A stretch of DNA of 64,000 bases. Source: an uncultured Prochlorococcus sp. GTDB taxonomy: Bacteria > Cyanobacteriota > Cyanobacteriia > PCC-6307 > Cyanobiaceae. Below the pieces are notes generated by a model. That model was not told the DNA's origin and ran no database searches. It saw nothing but the letters and a program-made list of their open reading frames with translations. Location: the NCBI GenBank assembly GCA_902573565.1, contig CACGKI010000001.1:2038-66037 (forward strand), in the 5' to 3' direction. Below, piece by piece: positions 39,356 to 48,592 of this stretch; position 1 is the stretch's first letter, and each line of letters opens with the position of its first letter. A program made the position numbers and the translations under genes.

Positions 39356-40603
39356 GTGGAAATTAAAAGAAAAATAATCATAAATATGGAATATATAGCA
39401 AGTAATTTAAATGAACAAAAACAATTAATTTCTTCTAAAAATATCTTATTTATTCAAGACATTGACGGAGTTTGTATCCCTTTGGTTAAAGATCCAATGA
39501 CTAGAGAATTAGAATCAAAATATATCTATGCAGTAAAAGAATTTGCCGAGGAATTCTTTGTATTAACTTGCGGGGAACATGAAGGTCCAAGAGGCGTTAA
39601 CAGAATAATAGAGAGGAGTTTAAGGAGCACTACTGAGCCTAAAAACAAAGAACTATATTTAAGAGGTTTAGCTGCCTGTGGAGTAGAGTATCAAGACAAC
39701 AATGGTGAAATAAGTTTTGAAGGAGTCTCAGAAAAAGAACTAAATTTTTTATCAAAAGTACCTAGTTTAATAAGACCAAAATTTAATTTCATAGTTAAGA
39801 ATATTTTTCCTGAACTTAGCCAAGAAGATATCAATTTTCACGCGGTAAAATCAATTTGTGAAACACGCTTCTCTCCAACGATTAATTTCAATAGTCTATT
39901 TGATTTAGTTCATGAAGATTCTGATAAAAGAAAGCTTATTCAAATTAGTTTTGAAAAAATGATGAATGAAATCATTTTAAAAGCTGAATCCGAAGGCCTC
40001 AACAACTCATTTTTCCTTCATATTTCACCAAATTTAGGTAATAAAAATGGTAGAGAAACAATTAAACTTTCTTCTCAAGATGATATTGGATCAACAGACA
40101 TACAATTACTTATTAAAGGAGCAGTTAAAGATTCTGGAGTTTTATTTCTTTTAAATAAATTTATTGCGGATAAAACTGGTAAAGCTCCTTTTGGAAGAAA
40201 TTTTAATTTTAGAAACTCTCCAAATTCTGTTACGGAAAAAATTGATTTATGCAAAAGAACTATTCAAAAAGAAGATATGCCTTTGATTGTAGGAGTTGGT
40301 GACACAGTCACATCAAAAAAAAATAATGATAAAATTTATTCAAGAGGAGGAAGTGACAGGTCTTTTCTAGAATTAATACAAATATTAGGTAATGAATATG
40401 GGATTAAGAATAAAATAATTTTTGTAGATAGTAGTTCTGGTGAAGTTGAAAGACCCTCTACAAAAAAAACTGGTTTAATAGGGATCAGTGATGTTCATGA
40501 CAATTTAAAATTTGACATAGTTTTTAAAAATGGTCCCAAAGAATACATAAGTTGGTTTATTGAACTTGCTAGTAAGAGATCAAATTTTAAAAAAAATAGT
40601 TGA
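39356..40603 (+). CDS. HAD-superfamily phosphatase-like protein. Likely start ATG at 39386.
   Basis: DxDxV motif FIQDIDGVCIP near the N-terminus and a late VGVGDTVTS motif. About 405-415 aa, a size reminiscent of glucosylglycerol-phosphate phosphatase (StpA). This is inference. Confidence 0.4.
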   Translation: MEIKRKIIINMEYIASNLNEQKQLISSKNILFIQDIDGVCIPLVKDPMTRELESKYIYAVKEFAEEFFVLTCGEHEGPRGVNRIIERSLRSTTEPKNKELYLRGLAACGVEYQDNNGEISFEGVSEKELNFLSKVPSLIRPKFNFIVKNIFPELSQEDINFHAVKSICETRFSPTINFNSLFDLVHEDSDKRKLIQISFEKMMNEIILKAESEGLNNSFFLHISPNLGNKNGRETIKLSSQDDIGSTDIQLLIKGAVKDSGVLFLLNKFIADKTGKAPFGRNFNFRNSPNSVTEKIDLCKRTIQKEDMPLIVGVGDTVTSKKNNDKIYSRGGSDRSFLELIQILGNEYGIKNKIIFVDSSSGEVERPSTKKTGLIGISDVHDNLKFDIVFKNGPKEYISWFIELASKRSNFKKNS

Positions 40604-40643
40604 CTTTTAAATTTTCGAATGACAATTTATAAATAATCGATTT

Positions 40644-41576
40644 ATGAAAGAAAAATTCCCCCCAATACATAAAGAACCTATAGAAACATTGCAAATTAAC
40701 ATAGGTTATAAATGCAATCAGGCTTGCAAGCATTGTCATGTCAATTCGAGTCCCCTAAGGACTGAAAAGATGTCCAATGAAATGATATCTCTTATTCCAA
40801 AGATAATTGAAAAATACAAAATCAAGACTTTAGATATTACAGGTGGTGCGCCAGAACTTCACCCAGAATTTAAAAACCTAATAACCAGTTTGAGCACAAA
40901 ACAAATTGATATTATTGACAGGTGCAATTTGACAATTTTCTTTGAAGAAGGTTATGAAGATCTTCCTCAATTTCTTGCAAAGAATAAAGTGATAGTTACT
41001 GCTTCGCTACCGTGTTATGAAAAAAATAATGTTGATTTTCAAAGGGGTTTTGGGGTTTTTGAAAAAAGTATTAATGCCATAAAAATTCTTAATGATTTAG
41101 GCTATGGGAAAAAAGAAAATGGATTACAATTAAACCTTGTTTACAATCCTGTAAGCCCAATTCTTCCTCCTTCTCAGGAAATATTGGAGAAGGATTATAA
41201 AAAAATACTATTCGAAAAATACAATATCGTTTTTAATAATTTATACACAATAACTAATATGCCGATAAATAGATATGAAGAATCTCTTAGAAGAGAAGGG
41301 AAACTTGAGACTTATTACAAATTACTAAAAGAAAATTTTAATGAAAAGAATTTAGAAAATCTTATGTGTAAAAAGACAATTAGCGTAAATTGGTTAGGAG
41401 AAATTTATGATTGTGACTTTAACCAACAAATAAATTTCCGAGAGGATAAAGGACCAAAGACACTTTTTGATCTATTGGATGAATCATTTACTTTTGACTA
41501 CGGGGTAGCTGTAAAAGAACATTGTTTTGCTTGCACTGCAGGGGCTGGGTCAAGTTGTGGAGGGACTTTAAGTTAA
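40644..41576 (+). CDS. arsS: Radical SAM / Cys-rich domain protein (ArsS-type)
   Basis: CNQACKHC (CxxxCxxC) cluster motif. C-terminal CFACTAGAGSSCGG Cys-rich tail is typical of the rSAM/Cys-rich family. Confidence 0.65.
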   Translation: MKEKFPPIHKEPIETLQINIGYKCNQACKHCHVNSSPLRTEKMSNEMISLIPKIIEKYKIKTLDITGGAPELHPEFKNLITSLSTKQIDIIDRCNLTIFFEEGYEDLPQFLAKNKVIVTASLPCYEKNNVDFQRGFGVFEKSINAIKILNDLGYGKKENGLQLNLVYNPVSPILPPSQEILEKDYKKILFEKYNIVFNNLYTITNMPINRYEESLRREGKLETYYKLLKENFNEKNLENLMCKKTISVNWLGEIYDCDFNQQINFREDKGPKTLFDLLDESFTFDYGVAVKEHCFACTAGAGSSCGGTLS

Positions 41577-41582
41577 AACCTA

Positions 41583-42035
41583 CTAAATGCAATTAGGACA
41601 AATAGCTCTTACATTTAAAGAGGATTCAATTAGTTTAAAACCATTAACTTTTGCTGCTACTTTGCCTGCTTCTAAAACTTCTTCATTTTCGAATTCTTCT
41701 GTTCTTCCACACCTAATACAAATCAAATGATGATGGTCCGGTGTGTCGTTACTAAGCAATTCATATCTGTGTCCACCCTCACTGAGTTCTAATTCATGAA
41801 GCAAACCCATTTGTACTAAAAGTCTTAAAGTTCTATAAATTGTTGCTAGTGAAACTTTGGAGCTTGTTTTAACTAACTTTTCATGAATCTCTTCAGCACT
41901 AAGATGCTTTCCAGAGCCAATATTTTCAAATAAATTAAGAACTTTTAGCCTCTGAGGAGTTAACCTCTTCCCATCTTTATGTAATCCATCACCAAGAGGA
42001 GATGTGATGACTTTGTATTGAGAGGATAATGACAA
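41583..42035 (-). CDS. Fur-family metalloregulator (Fur/Zur/PerR type not resolved)
   Basis: 150 aa. Winged helix (ATIYRTLRLL), HHHLIC, and CxxC pairs CIRC...CPNC. Confidence 0.85.
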   Translation of the reverse strand: MSLSSQYKVITSPLGDGLHKDGKRLTPQRLKVLNLFENIGSGKHLSAEEIHEKLVKTSSKVSLATIYRTLRLLVQMGLLHELELSEGGHRYELLSNDTPDHHHLICIRCGRTEEFENEEVLEAGKVAAKVNGFKLIESSLNVRAICPNCI

Positions 42036-42151
42036 AATTAACCCATGGCTATTCTCAATAATAACTCTAGATGAGAGTAAAACAACTTATTGATTTAAAA
42101 TGTTTACTAAAGTTCTTCAAAATATTATGTTAAATGTATCTTTATATATAA

Positions 42152-42721
42152 ATGATGAATGATCAAGAAATCTCTTCTGATAAATTATCATCGAAAGTAA
42201 ACGCCTTGATAATTATTGATATTCAGGAAAAAATAATAAGACCAATTTTTAATAAGGATTCAATAATCAAAAACATTAAAAAACTAATAAATGCTTACCA
42301 AATTTTAGAAGAAAACATATTTATATCTGAACAGAACCCACTAAAATTGGGAGAAACGATCCCTGAATTATTACCCAAAGCTCGATTTCAAAAGATTGAA
42401 AAGATGGAATTTAGCTTAGCTAACATACAAGATTTTTTAAATGAACTTAGAAATAAGAAAATTAGTAATTTAATAGTTTGTGGGATCGAGACGCATATTT
42501 GTATTCAACAAACTGTCTTAGATTGTTTACAAAAAGGATTTGAAGTTTTTCTCATATCAGATGCCATGGGAAGTCGAAATATAGTAGATCATGAAATAGC
42601 ATTACAAAGAATGAATCAGAGTGGGGCGTTCATAACAACAACTGAATCAATAATTTTTGAATTATGCAAAACTGCGGATAGAAAAGAATTTAAAGAAATT
42701 AGAAAGATAATTATGAGTTAA
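42152..42721 (+). CDS. Isochorismatase-family hydrolase
   Basis: 189 aa. LIIIDIQE... and LIVCGIETHICIQQT catalytic Cys block. Confidence 0.75.
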   Translation: MMNDQEISSDKLSSKVNALIIIDIQEKIIRPIFNKDSIIKNIKKLINAYQILEENIFISEQNPLKLGETIPELLPKARFQKIEKMEFSLANIQDFLNELRNKKISNLIVCGIETHICIQQTVLDCLQKGFEVFLISDAMGSRNIVDHEIALQRMNQSGAFITTTESIIFELCKTADRKEFKEIRKIIMS

Positions 42722-42793
42722 AGAAAAATAAAGACTGGTTTGTTGTTTAGAGATAATTTAAAATTTTGTTAGAGATAAATTTTTAGGGTTTAT

Positions 42794-43831
42794 TTGAATA
42801 TGAAATTATTTACTGAAAACTTCCTTCTGGCAATATCTATTTTTTTTATTGGAATTTTATTGTCGATAATAATTTCTAAACTTTCAAAAATATTCTTCAA
42901 AAAGATCTCCAAACGTACAAAAACAAATTTTGATGATTTTATTTTTGAGGTCATCTCTGGAATTATTAAACCAATAGGTTTTCTCCTCTCATTTTATTTT
43001 TCAATTGACTATTTTTTTGCTGATGAAATAACTTTTATCTCTGTATTATTGAATATTCTGAAATTATTTATATTGATAATAATTATAAAAGCTCTCAACA
43101 AAGTTTTAATAAGATCTTTAACAGAATCGACATCGAAAATTAATGATTCCTCAGTCAGTTCAATGATATCTTCACTTACTCCTTTAATAAAAGCATTAAC
43201 ATGGACTATTGGTTCAATCTTTTTCTTACAAAATATAGGTGTTCAAATGACTGCTATTTGGGCTCTACTCAGTGCAGGGGGTATTGGAGCAGGATTAGCT
43301 TTGAAAGATCCAGTTCAGGAGTTTTTTGAATACATAACGATTTTGCTTGATAAACCTTTTCAAAAAGGTGAGTTTATAAAATCTGATGGCGTCCTTGGAA
43401 TGGTTGAGAGGGTCGGAGTAAGATCCTCAAGAATAAGAAGTATTAATGGAGAAGTAATAGTAATGAGCAACAGCGCCCTTACAAATGGAATAATTTCAAA
43501 TTACGCACAAATGGAAAAAAGAAGGCTAGTGCATAAATTAGGAGTTGTTTATGAAACCTCTCCAAAACTTATGAAATTGATTCCAATAATAATAAAAAAA
43601 ATAGTTGAAGAGACAAAAGATGCTTCCTTTGATAGGTGTCATTTCACAGATTTTGGTGACTTCAGTCTTAATTTCGAACTTGTTTATTACATACCAACTA
43701 ATAATTATCTTGCTGCAATGGAAGCTCAACAATCTATAAATTTAAAAATAATTGAGGAATTTGCTCTCAATAATATAGAGTTTGCATTCCCAACACAAAC
43801 CTTAAATATTGAGAGTAACAAATCCAAATGA
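42794..43831 (+). CDS. Small-conductance mechanosensitive channel (MscS family)
   Basis: N-terminal TMs, pore-helix region GGIGAGLALKDP, then a beta-domain. Likely ATG at 42800. Confidence 0.8.
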   Translation: MNMKLFTENFLLAISIFFIGILLSIIISKLSKIFFKKISKRTKTNFDDFIFEVISGIIKPIGFLLSFYFSIDYFFADEITFISVLLNILKLFILIIIIKALNKVLIRSLTESTSKINDSSVSSMISSLTPLIKALTWTIGSIFFLQNIGVQMTAIWALLSAGGIGAGLALKDPVQEFFEYITILLDKPFQKGEFIKSDGVLGMVERVGVRSSRIRSINGEVIVMSNSALTNGIISNYAQMEKRRLVHKLGVVYETSPKLMKLIPIIIKKIVEETKDASFDRCHFTDFGDFSLNFELVYYIPTNNYLAAMEAQQSINLKIIEEFALNNIEFAFPTQTLNIESNKSK

Positions 43832-44803
43832 TCTACAAATCTCTTCACTTAAAATCCAAAGTTTTGAAGCCAACTCATCACTATTTGCTTCATCACTAAC
43901 GTTACTTTCAACTAATTTATGTTTTTTTCTAGCTTTAAGTTTATTACTTAAATATATGAAACCAACATTATTTAAATTTGCATCAAGGACAATCTCAGAA
44001 AGAATCTTTCCAGCATTTTCTGTACTTTCAGAAATTCCTAAAATATTTTTTGCAGCTTTAGAAAAAATTAAATATCCAAAGAGATTAAAACGTTTACTGT
44101 ATCTAAAAAAACCAGAATCATCATTTGGTATTACGAGACCAGGAGCCCAAGTTATTACAGAAATTTTACTGGAGGACATTTTTAATTTTTTTTCAAGTTC
44201 TTTAGCAAACAAAATATTACATAACTTACTATTTTTATAAGCTTCATCAGCATTAAAATTTAAAAATTGCCCAGTTACTTTTTTTCTAAAATCAACTAGG
44301 TTATTAAGTCCCGCTTTCTTTCCTATATTGCCACCTGAACTTTTGGGGTCGTGAACATCTGATGATGTAATAATGATTTTAGATTCTTCTTTATCTTTAA
44401 CAAAATCTTTTAGGATATTTACCAAGTAAAAATGTGCAAGATGATTTACCGCAAAAGTTAGTTCTATGCCTTGTTTTGATACTTTAGGATAAATAGAGCC
44501 TGTATATTGCAATCCTGCATTTAAAACAACTACATCTAAAAAAATCTTTTTAGAAATAAAGTAATCTTTAATTTTTTTAATATTCTTTAGATCTGAAAGA
44601 TCACAATTTTCAATTATATTTAAAAATTTACTGAGGTAATTATTATCAAAATATTTCTCGAGTGTTTTCATAAATTGATTCTTTCTTAATTCGTTTTTTA
44701 TCACAACATATAAATTATTTTTCTTCTTTAGTAAATTAATTATGGCAAAAAAACCTATGCCCGAATTACCTCCAGTAACTAAAATATTTCTATTTTTAAT
44801 CAT
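43802..44803 (-). CDS. Short-chain dehydrogenase/reductase (protochlorophyllide-reductase-like subgroup)
   Basis: TGGNSGIG cofactor motif and YKNSK active site. 333 aa. Confidence 0.75.
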   Translation of the reverse strand: MIKNRNILVTGGNSGIGFFAIINLLKKKNNLYVVIKNELRKNQFMKTLEKYFDNNYLSKFLNIIENCDLSDLKNIKKIKDYFISKKIFLDVVVLNAGLQYTGSIYPKVSKQGIELTFAVNHLAHFYLVNILKDFVKDKEESKIIITSSDVHDPKSSGGNIGKKAGLNNLVDFRKKVTGQFLNFNADEAYKNSKLCNILFAKELEKKLKMSSSKISVITWAPGLVIPNDDSGFFRYSKRFNLFGYLIFSKAAKNILGISESTENAGKILSEIVLDANLNNVGFIYLSNKLKARKKHKLVESNVSDEANSDELASKLWILSEEICRSFGFVTLNI

Positions 44804-45030
44804 TTAAATTCCTTATATATTTTTTAATGATAAAAAAAAATACATAAGTTTTTTTAATTTTGTAATCTTATAAATTATTGTTAAAACACTGAAAACTAAG
44901 TCACTAGTAATTAAGTAATTTGATTATCATTAATCTACTCACACAACAAGCATAAGATGAAATATAAAAACCTAATCTCAGAAATAATCCCTTTTTCCAT
45001 AAATTCCTTTAATCGCAAAATCTATATTTA

Positions 45031-46314
45031 ATGTCAATAGAAAGCATGCCAGATGTTCTTGTTTTGGGTGCAGGGCCTGCAGGCATGGCAATTGCATCAG
45101 CTTTAGGAAAGGAAAAATTAGATGTTGAAGTGCTTTCTCCAAATGGACCAGATGAACCTTGGCCAAACACTTATGGGATTTGGGGGAAAGAAGTTGACCA
45201 ACTCGGGCTTCAGGATTTACTTGAATATAGATGGAAGAATACTGTAAGTTTTTTCGGACATGGCGCTTTAGAAGAACAAGATGACGAGAATAAAGCCACA
45301 GAACATTCGCTAGATTATGGACTATTTGATAAAAAGAAACTCCATAATTTTTGGTTTAATGAATGCAATAAGTCTTTTATTAAATGGCATCAAGGGTTTG
45401 CAAAAAAAATTCATTTTGAAAAATACAAAAGTACAGTAACTACAAAAGATGGCAAGACTTACTCTGCAAGATTAGTAGTAGATGCAACAGGATATGATCC
45501 CGTTTTTCTTAAATTAAAATCTTGTGGTCCTTTAGCAGTCCAAACCTGTTATGGGATAGTAGGTAATTTTAGTAAGCCTCCGCTTAAAAAAGGGCAATTT
45601 GTATTAATGGACTATAGAAATGACCATCTTAATGAAGAGCAAAAAAAGGAGCCGCCCACTTTTCTTTATGCCATGGACATGGGAGATGGGAAATATTTTC
45701 TTGAAGAGACATCTCTTGGATTAGTAAATCCTCTAACGATGGAAAATTTAAAAAAGAGACTGGAAAAGAGACTTTCTTATCGAAATATATCTATTACAAG
45801 CATGCAACACGAAGAGCTTGGTTTGTTTCTTCCAATGAATATGCCAATACCAGATTTCAAACAGCCAATACTTGGATATGGCGGCGCAGCTTCAATGGTA
45901 CATCCTGCATCTGGATACCTAATTGGTAATGTATTAAGAAGAGCTCCACTTGTCGCAGAAGCGGTATCAGAAGCAATTAAAAACAAAAATCTTAGTACCT
46001 ATCATATTGCTAGAAAAGGTTGGGAAGCTTTATGGTCAAAAGAATTAATCAGAAAGAAATCACTTTATCAATTTGGATTAGAAAAACTCATGAGGTTTGA
46101 CGAAAAACTATTGAGAGAATTTTTTGGCAGTTTTTTCCAACTTCCCAAAAATCAATGGTATGGTTTTCTAACTGATACTCTTTCTTTAAGACAGATTGTA
46201 TATGCAATGTGCATATTGTTTATAAAGGCTCCATGGAGTGTAAAGAAAGGTCTGATGATTATGCATGGGAGAGAATTTAAAATGTTACTTAGGATAATAT
46301 TTCCTAATATATAG
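45031..46314 (+). CDS. crtL: Lycopene cyclase, CrtL family
   Basis: 427 aa. VLVLGAGPAGMAIA dinucleotide motif and plant-type lycopene cyclase blocks (FLYAMD, FLEETSL). Beta versus epsilon specificity cannot be decided by eye. Confidence 0.8.
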   Translation: MSIESMPDVLVLGAGPAGMAIASALGKEKLDVEVLSPNGPDEPWPNTYGIWGKEVDQLGLQDLLEYRWKNTVSFFGHGALEEQDDENKATEHSLDYGLFDKKKLHNFWFNECNKSFIKWHQGFAKKIHFEKYKSTVTTKDGKTYSARLVVDATGYDPVFLKLKSCGPLAVQTCYGIVGNFSKPPLKKGQFVLMDYRNDHLNEEQKKEPPTFLYAMDMGDGKYFLEETSLGLVNPLTMENLKKRLEKRLSYRNISITSMQHEELGLFLPMNMPIPDFKQPILGYGGAASMVHPASGYLIGNVLRRAPLVAEAVSEAIKNKNLSTYHIARKGWEALWSKELIRKKSLYQFGLEKLMRFDEKLLREFFGSFFQLPKNQWYGFLTDTLSLRQIVYAMCILFIKAPWSVKKGLMIMHGREFKMLLRIIFPNI

Positions 46315-46321
46315 TTTAAAA

Positions 46322-47029
46322 ATGAGAACCATTCTAATAAGTGGTGCTAATAGGGGCATTGGCTTAAATATTGCACATAAAGAATTAAAAGAAGGCAATA
46401 GAATAAGTGTTGGTATAAGAGATTTAGAATCATTAAAAGGAAGCAGTATTGATCCAGCTAGATGGCCAGAAGGGAGAATTATAATCAACCATTATGATGC
46501 ATTAAAAAAAATTACTGCCGAAAACTGGATAAAAAATACAATAGATGAATTTGGAGGCTTTGACTCAGTAATAAACTGTTCTGGAGTATTATCGAAAGTT
46601 CCTTTCCTATTCAAAGATGGTGATGAAGAAGATATTTTAAAAACACTAAATATCAACTTTTTAGCAATTTGGAATTTATGTAGGCTTTCTTGGGATTATT
46701 TATGTGCCTCAGGCAGAGGAAGAATTATTGTTTTAGTTTCAATGAGTGGGAAAAGATCTAAAGGAGATTTAGCAGCTTACTCTTCTTCAAAATTTGCATT
46801 GATGGGATTATGTCAAACAATGAAAAATAAAGGTTGGGATAAAAATATAAGGATTTCAGCAATTTGCCCCAGTTGGGTTAATACAGAAATGGCCCAAAAT
46901 ATCTCTTCCCTAGAAAAATCAAGGATGACACAACCTGAAGATATTGCTGAGATATGCTCAACTATTCTGAAGTTACCTACCCAATCAGTTCCATTTGAAA
47001 TTGCCTTAAATTGTAATTATGAAATTTAG
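46322..47029 (+). CDS. SDR-family oxidoreductase
   Basis: ISGANRGIG cofactor motif, YSSSK active site. Confidence 0.8.
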   Translation: MRTILISGANRGIGLNIAHKELKEGNRISVGIRDLESLKGSSIDPARWPEGRIIINHYDALKKITAENWIKNTIDEFGGFDSVINCSGVLSKVPFLFKDGDEEDILKTLNINFLAIWNLCRLSWDYLCASGRGRIIVLVSMSGKRSKGDLAAYSSSKFALMGLCQTMKNKGWDKNIRISAICPSWVNTEMAQNISSLEKSRMTQPEDIAEICSTILKLPTQSVPFEIALNCNYEI

Positions 47030-47568
47030 CCTAAATTGAAAATTAAGTAAGCCATTGAGAGCATTGCAATTGCAATGAATAAACCTTTTATTCGATTAGT
47101 TAATAATGAAAAAAGAGATAAATCTTCAGAAAAATACCCCCCAAAACCGCCTGTAATAAACAATATAACCATTGGTAGAGATGCCATTCCAAAAGAGTAA
47201 GATATTGCTTTTACAAATCCAAAATTTAAATAATTAAAAATAAAGAAACATAGGGAAAACAATAAAAAAGATGCAAATAAAGTAATAGATACTTCAGCAT
47301 CTAAGGTGTGAGGTAAGCTTCCCTTTAATTCAAATTGCTTTTTACATTCTCTAATTTGTCTTTTAGAAAGCTTTAAATAACCAGTTTCAGGAATTCTTTG
47401 AGATTTATATTTTCTTAGTAATCTTGCTTCTAGAGTTTCTGGCTCCTTAGTCAAAATCGATGTTAGTAATTCATCTGGTTTAAGTTTCTTGATTTTTTTT
47501 TCAAGATTATCAGTTTTCCCAATTCTATAAAGGTCTCCCACTCTAATAAGGTAAACATATCCCGGCAT
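47026..47568 (-). CDS. T5orf172/GIY-YIG-like domain protein with C-terminal TM helices
   Basis: GYVYLIRVGDLYRIGKTDNLEKKIKKL N-terminal motif. C-terminal ~90 aa has three hydrophobic helices. Confidence 0.45.
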   Translation of the reverse strand: MPGYVYLIRVGDLYRIGKTDNLEKKIKKLKPDELLTSILTKEPETLEARLLRKYKSQRIPETGYLKLSKRQIRECKKQFELKGSLPHTLDAEVSITLFASFLLFSLCFFIFNYLNFGFVKAISYSFGMASLPMVILFITGGFGGYFSEDLSLFSLLTNRIKGLFIAIAMLSMAYLIFNLG

Positions 47569-47642
47569 TTGCGATGTAAAATTAATACTGTTCCTATTTA
47601 AATAATACTAAAAGAATCAAGGAAATTAAAAGTTTTTACAAA

Positions 47643-48302
47643 ATGACAAACGATATTTTATATTCATTTCGAAGATGTCCATATGCAATTCGTGTTAGAT
47701 GGGCTTTATTAATTTGCGAAATAAAAGTAGAAATAAGAGAAATTGATTTAAAAAATAAACCTCTAGATTTCCTAAATAAATCAAAGACAAAAACTGTTCC
47801 AATACTTATTAAAAAAAATAGTGAAGTTATTGAAGAAAGTCTTGAAATCATCCTATGGGCTCTCTCAGAGTCAAAAAAGGAAAAAATTAAATTAAATTAT
47901 TTTCCTGATAACAAAAAGGAAGAAATTTTTGAGATAATTAATGAAAACGATAACGAATTCAAATACCATTTAGATCGATTTAAGTATGCCACAAGATATC
48001 AAAATAGTAATGAAGAATTTCATTTCTCAAAAGCGATTATATTTATCAAGAGATGGAACAAACTTCTTACAAAAAACAAATACTTTTTTGGGGATAACCC
48101 CACAATCGCTGATTGGTCTATTTGGCCTTTTGTAAGACAATTTAAAATCGCTTGTGAAAGTCAGAAAAGAAAAAATTATTTTGAGCCCTCAATAAAAAAC
48201 TGGTTAGATTCGTTTGAGACTAATAACAAATTTAAATCCTTAATGTATAAATACGAATTATGGGAACCACATTCTAGTAAGAATTTTTTTCCATATAATT
48301 AA
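47643..48302 (+). CDS. Glutathione S-transferase / glutaredoxin-2-like protein
   Basis: Thioredoxin-fold N-terminus with CPYA and TVPIL motifs. 219 aa. Confidence 0.6.
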   Translation: MTNDILYSFRRCPYAIRVRWALLICEIKVEIREIDLKNKPLDFLNKSKTKTVPILIKKNSEVIEESLEIILWALSESKKEKIKLNYFPDNKKEEIFEIINENDNEFKYHLDRFKYATRYQNSNEEFHFSKAIIFIKRWNKLLTKNKYFFGDNPTIADWSIWPFVRQFKIACESQKRKNYFEPSIKNWLDSFETNNKFKSLMYKYELWEPHSSKNFFPYN

Positions 48303-48556
48303 CTTTCTAACAACTTCCTTTTCTCAATTATTCTTGCTAACTCAAGAAAATATCCTGCAGTTCTAAATTTTCCTATATTTTTTTCTTTAAAATCAAGATC
48401 GCTTCTAATTTCTGCAGTTTCTGCCATAAGCAAATCTAAATCATTTGATCCAAGACTATATAATTCACCAAGTTCGATTTCCCTACCTAGCAAATGACTC
48501 CTAAACCATTTCCCTTTATTTTCTTGAGGTGGAATATCGTAGGGAGTAAATGACAT
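48299..48556 (-). CDS. Hypothetical protein
   Basis: 85-aa ORF only. Confidence 0.4.
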   Translation of the reverse strand: MSFTPYDIPPQENKGKWFRSHLLGREIELGELYSLGSNDLDLLMAETAEIRSDLDFKEKNIGKFRTAGYFLELARIIEKRKLLES

Positions 48557-48592
48557 TAAAATAAAATTTGTACTAAAACTATTCTAGGGTTA

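Noticed and set aside
42036-42151. Fur box in the regulator's own promoter (attctcaataataac).
   Set aside because: It is only a partial resemblance to GATAATGATAATCATTATC-type boxes in a very AT-rich spacer, which is indistinguishable from chance by eye.
43809-44240. 143-aa plus-strand ORF.
   Set aside because: It is antisense to the SDR gene, which has TGGNSGIG and YKNSK motifs.
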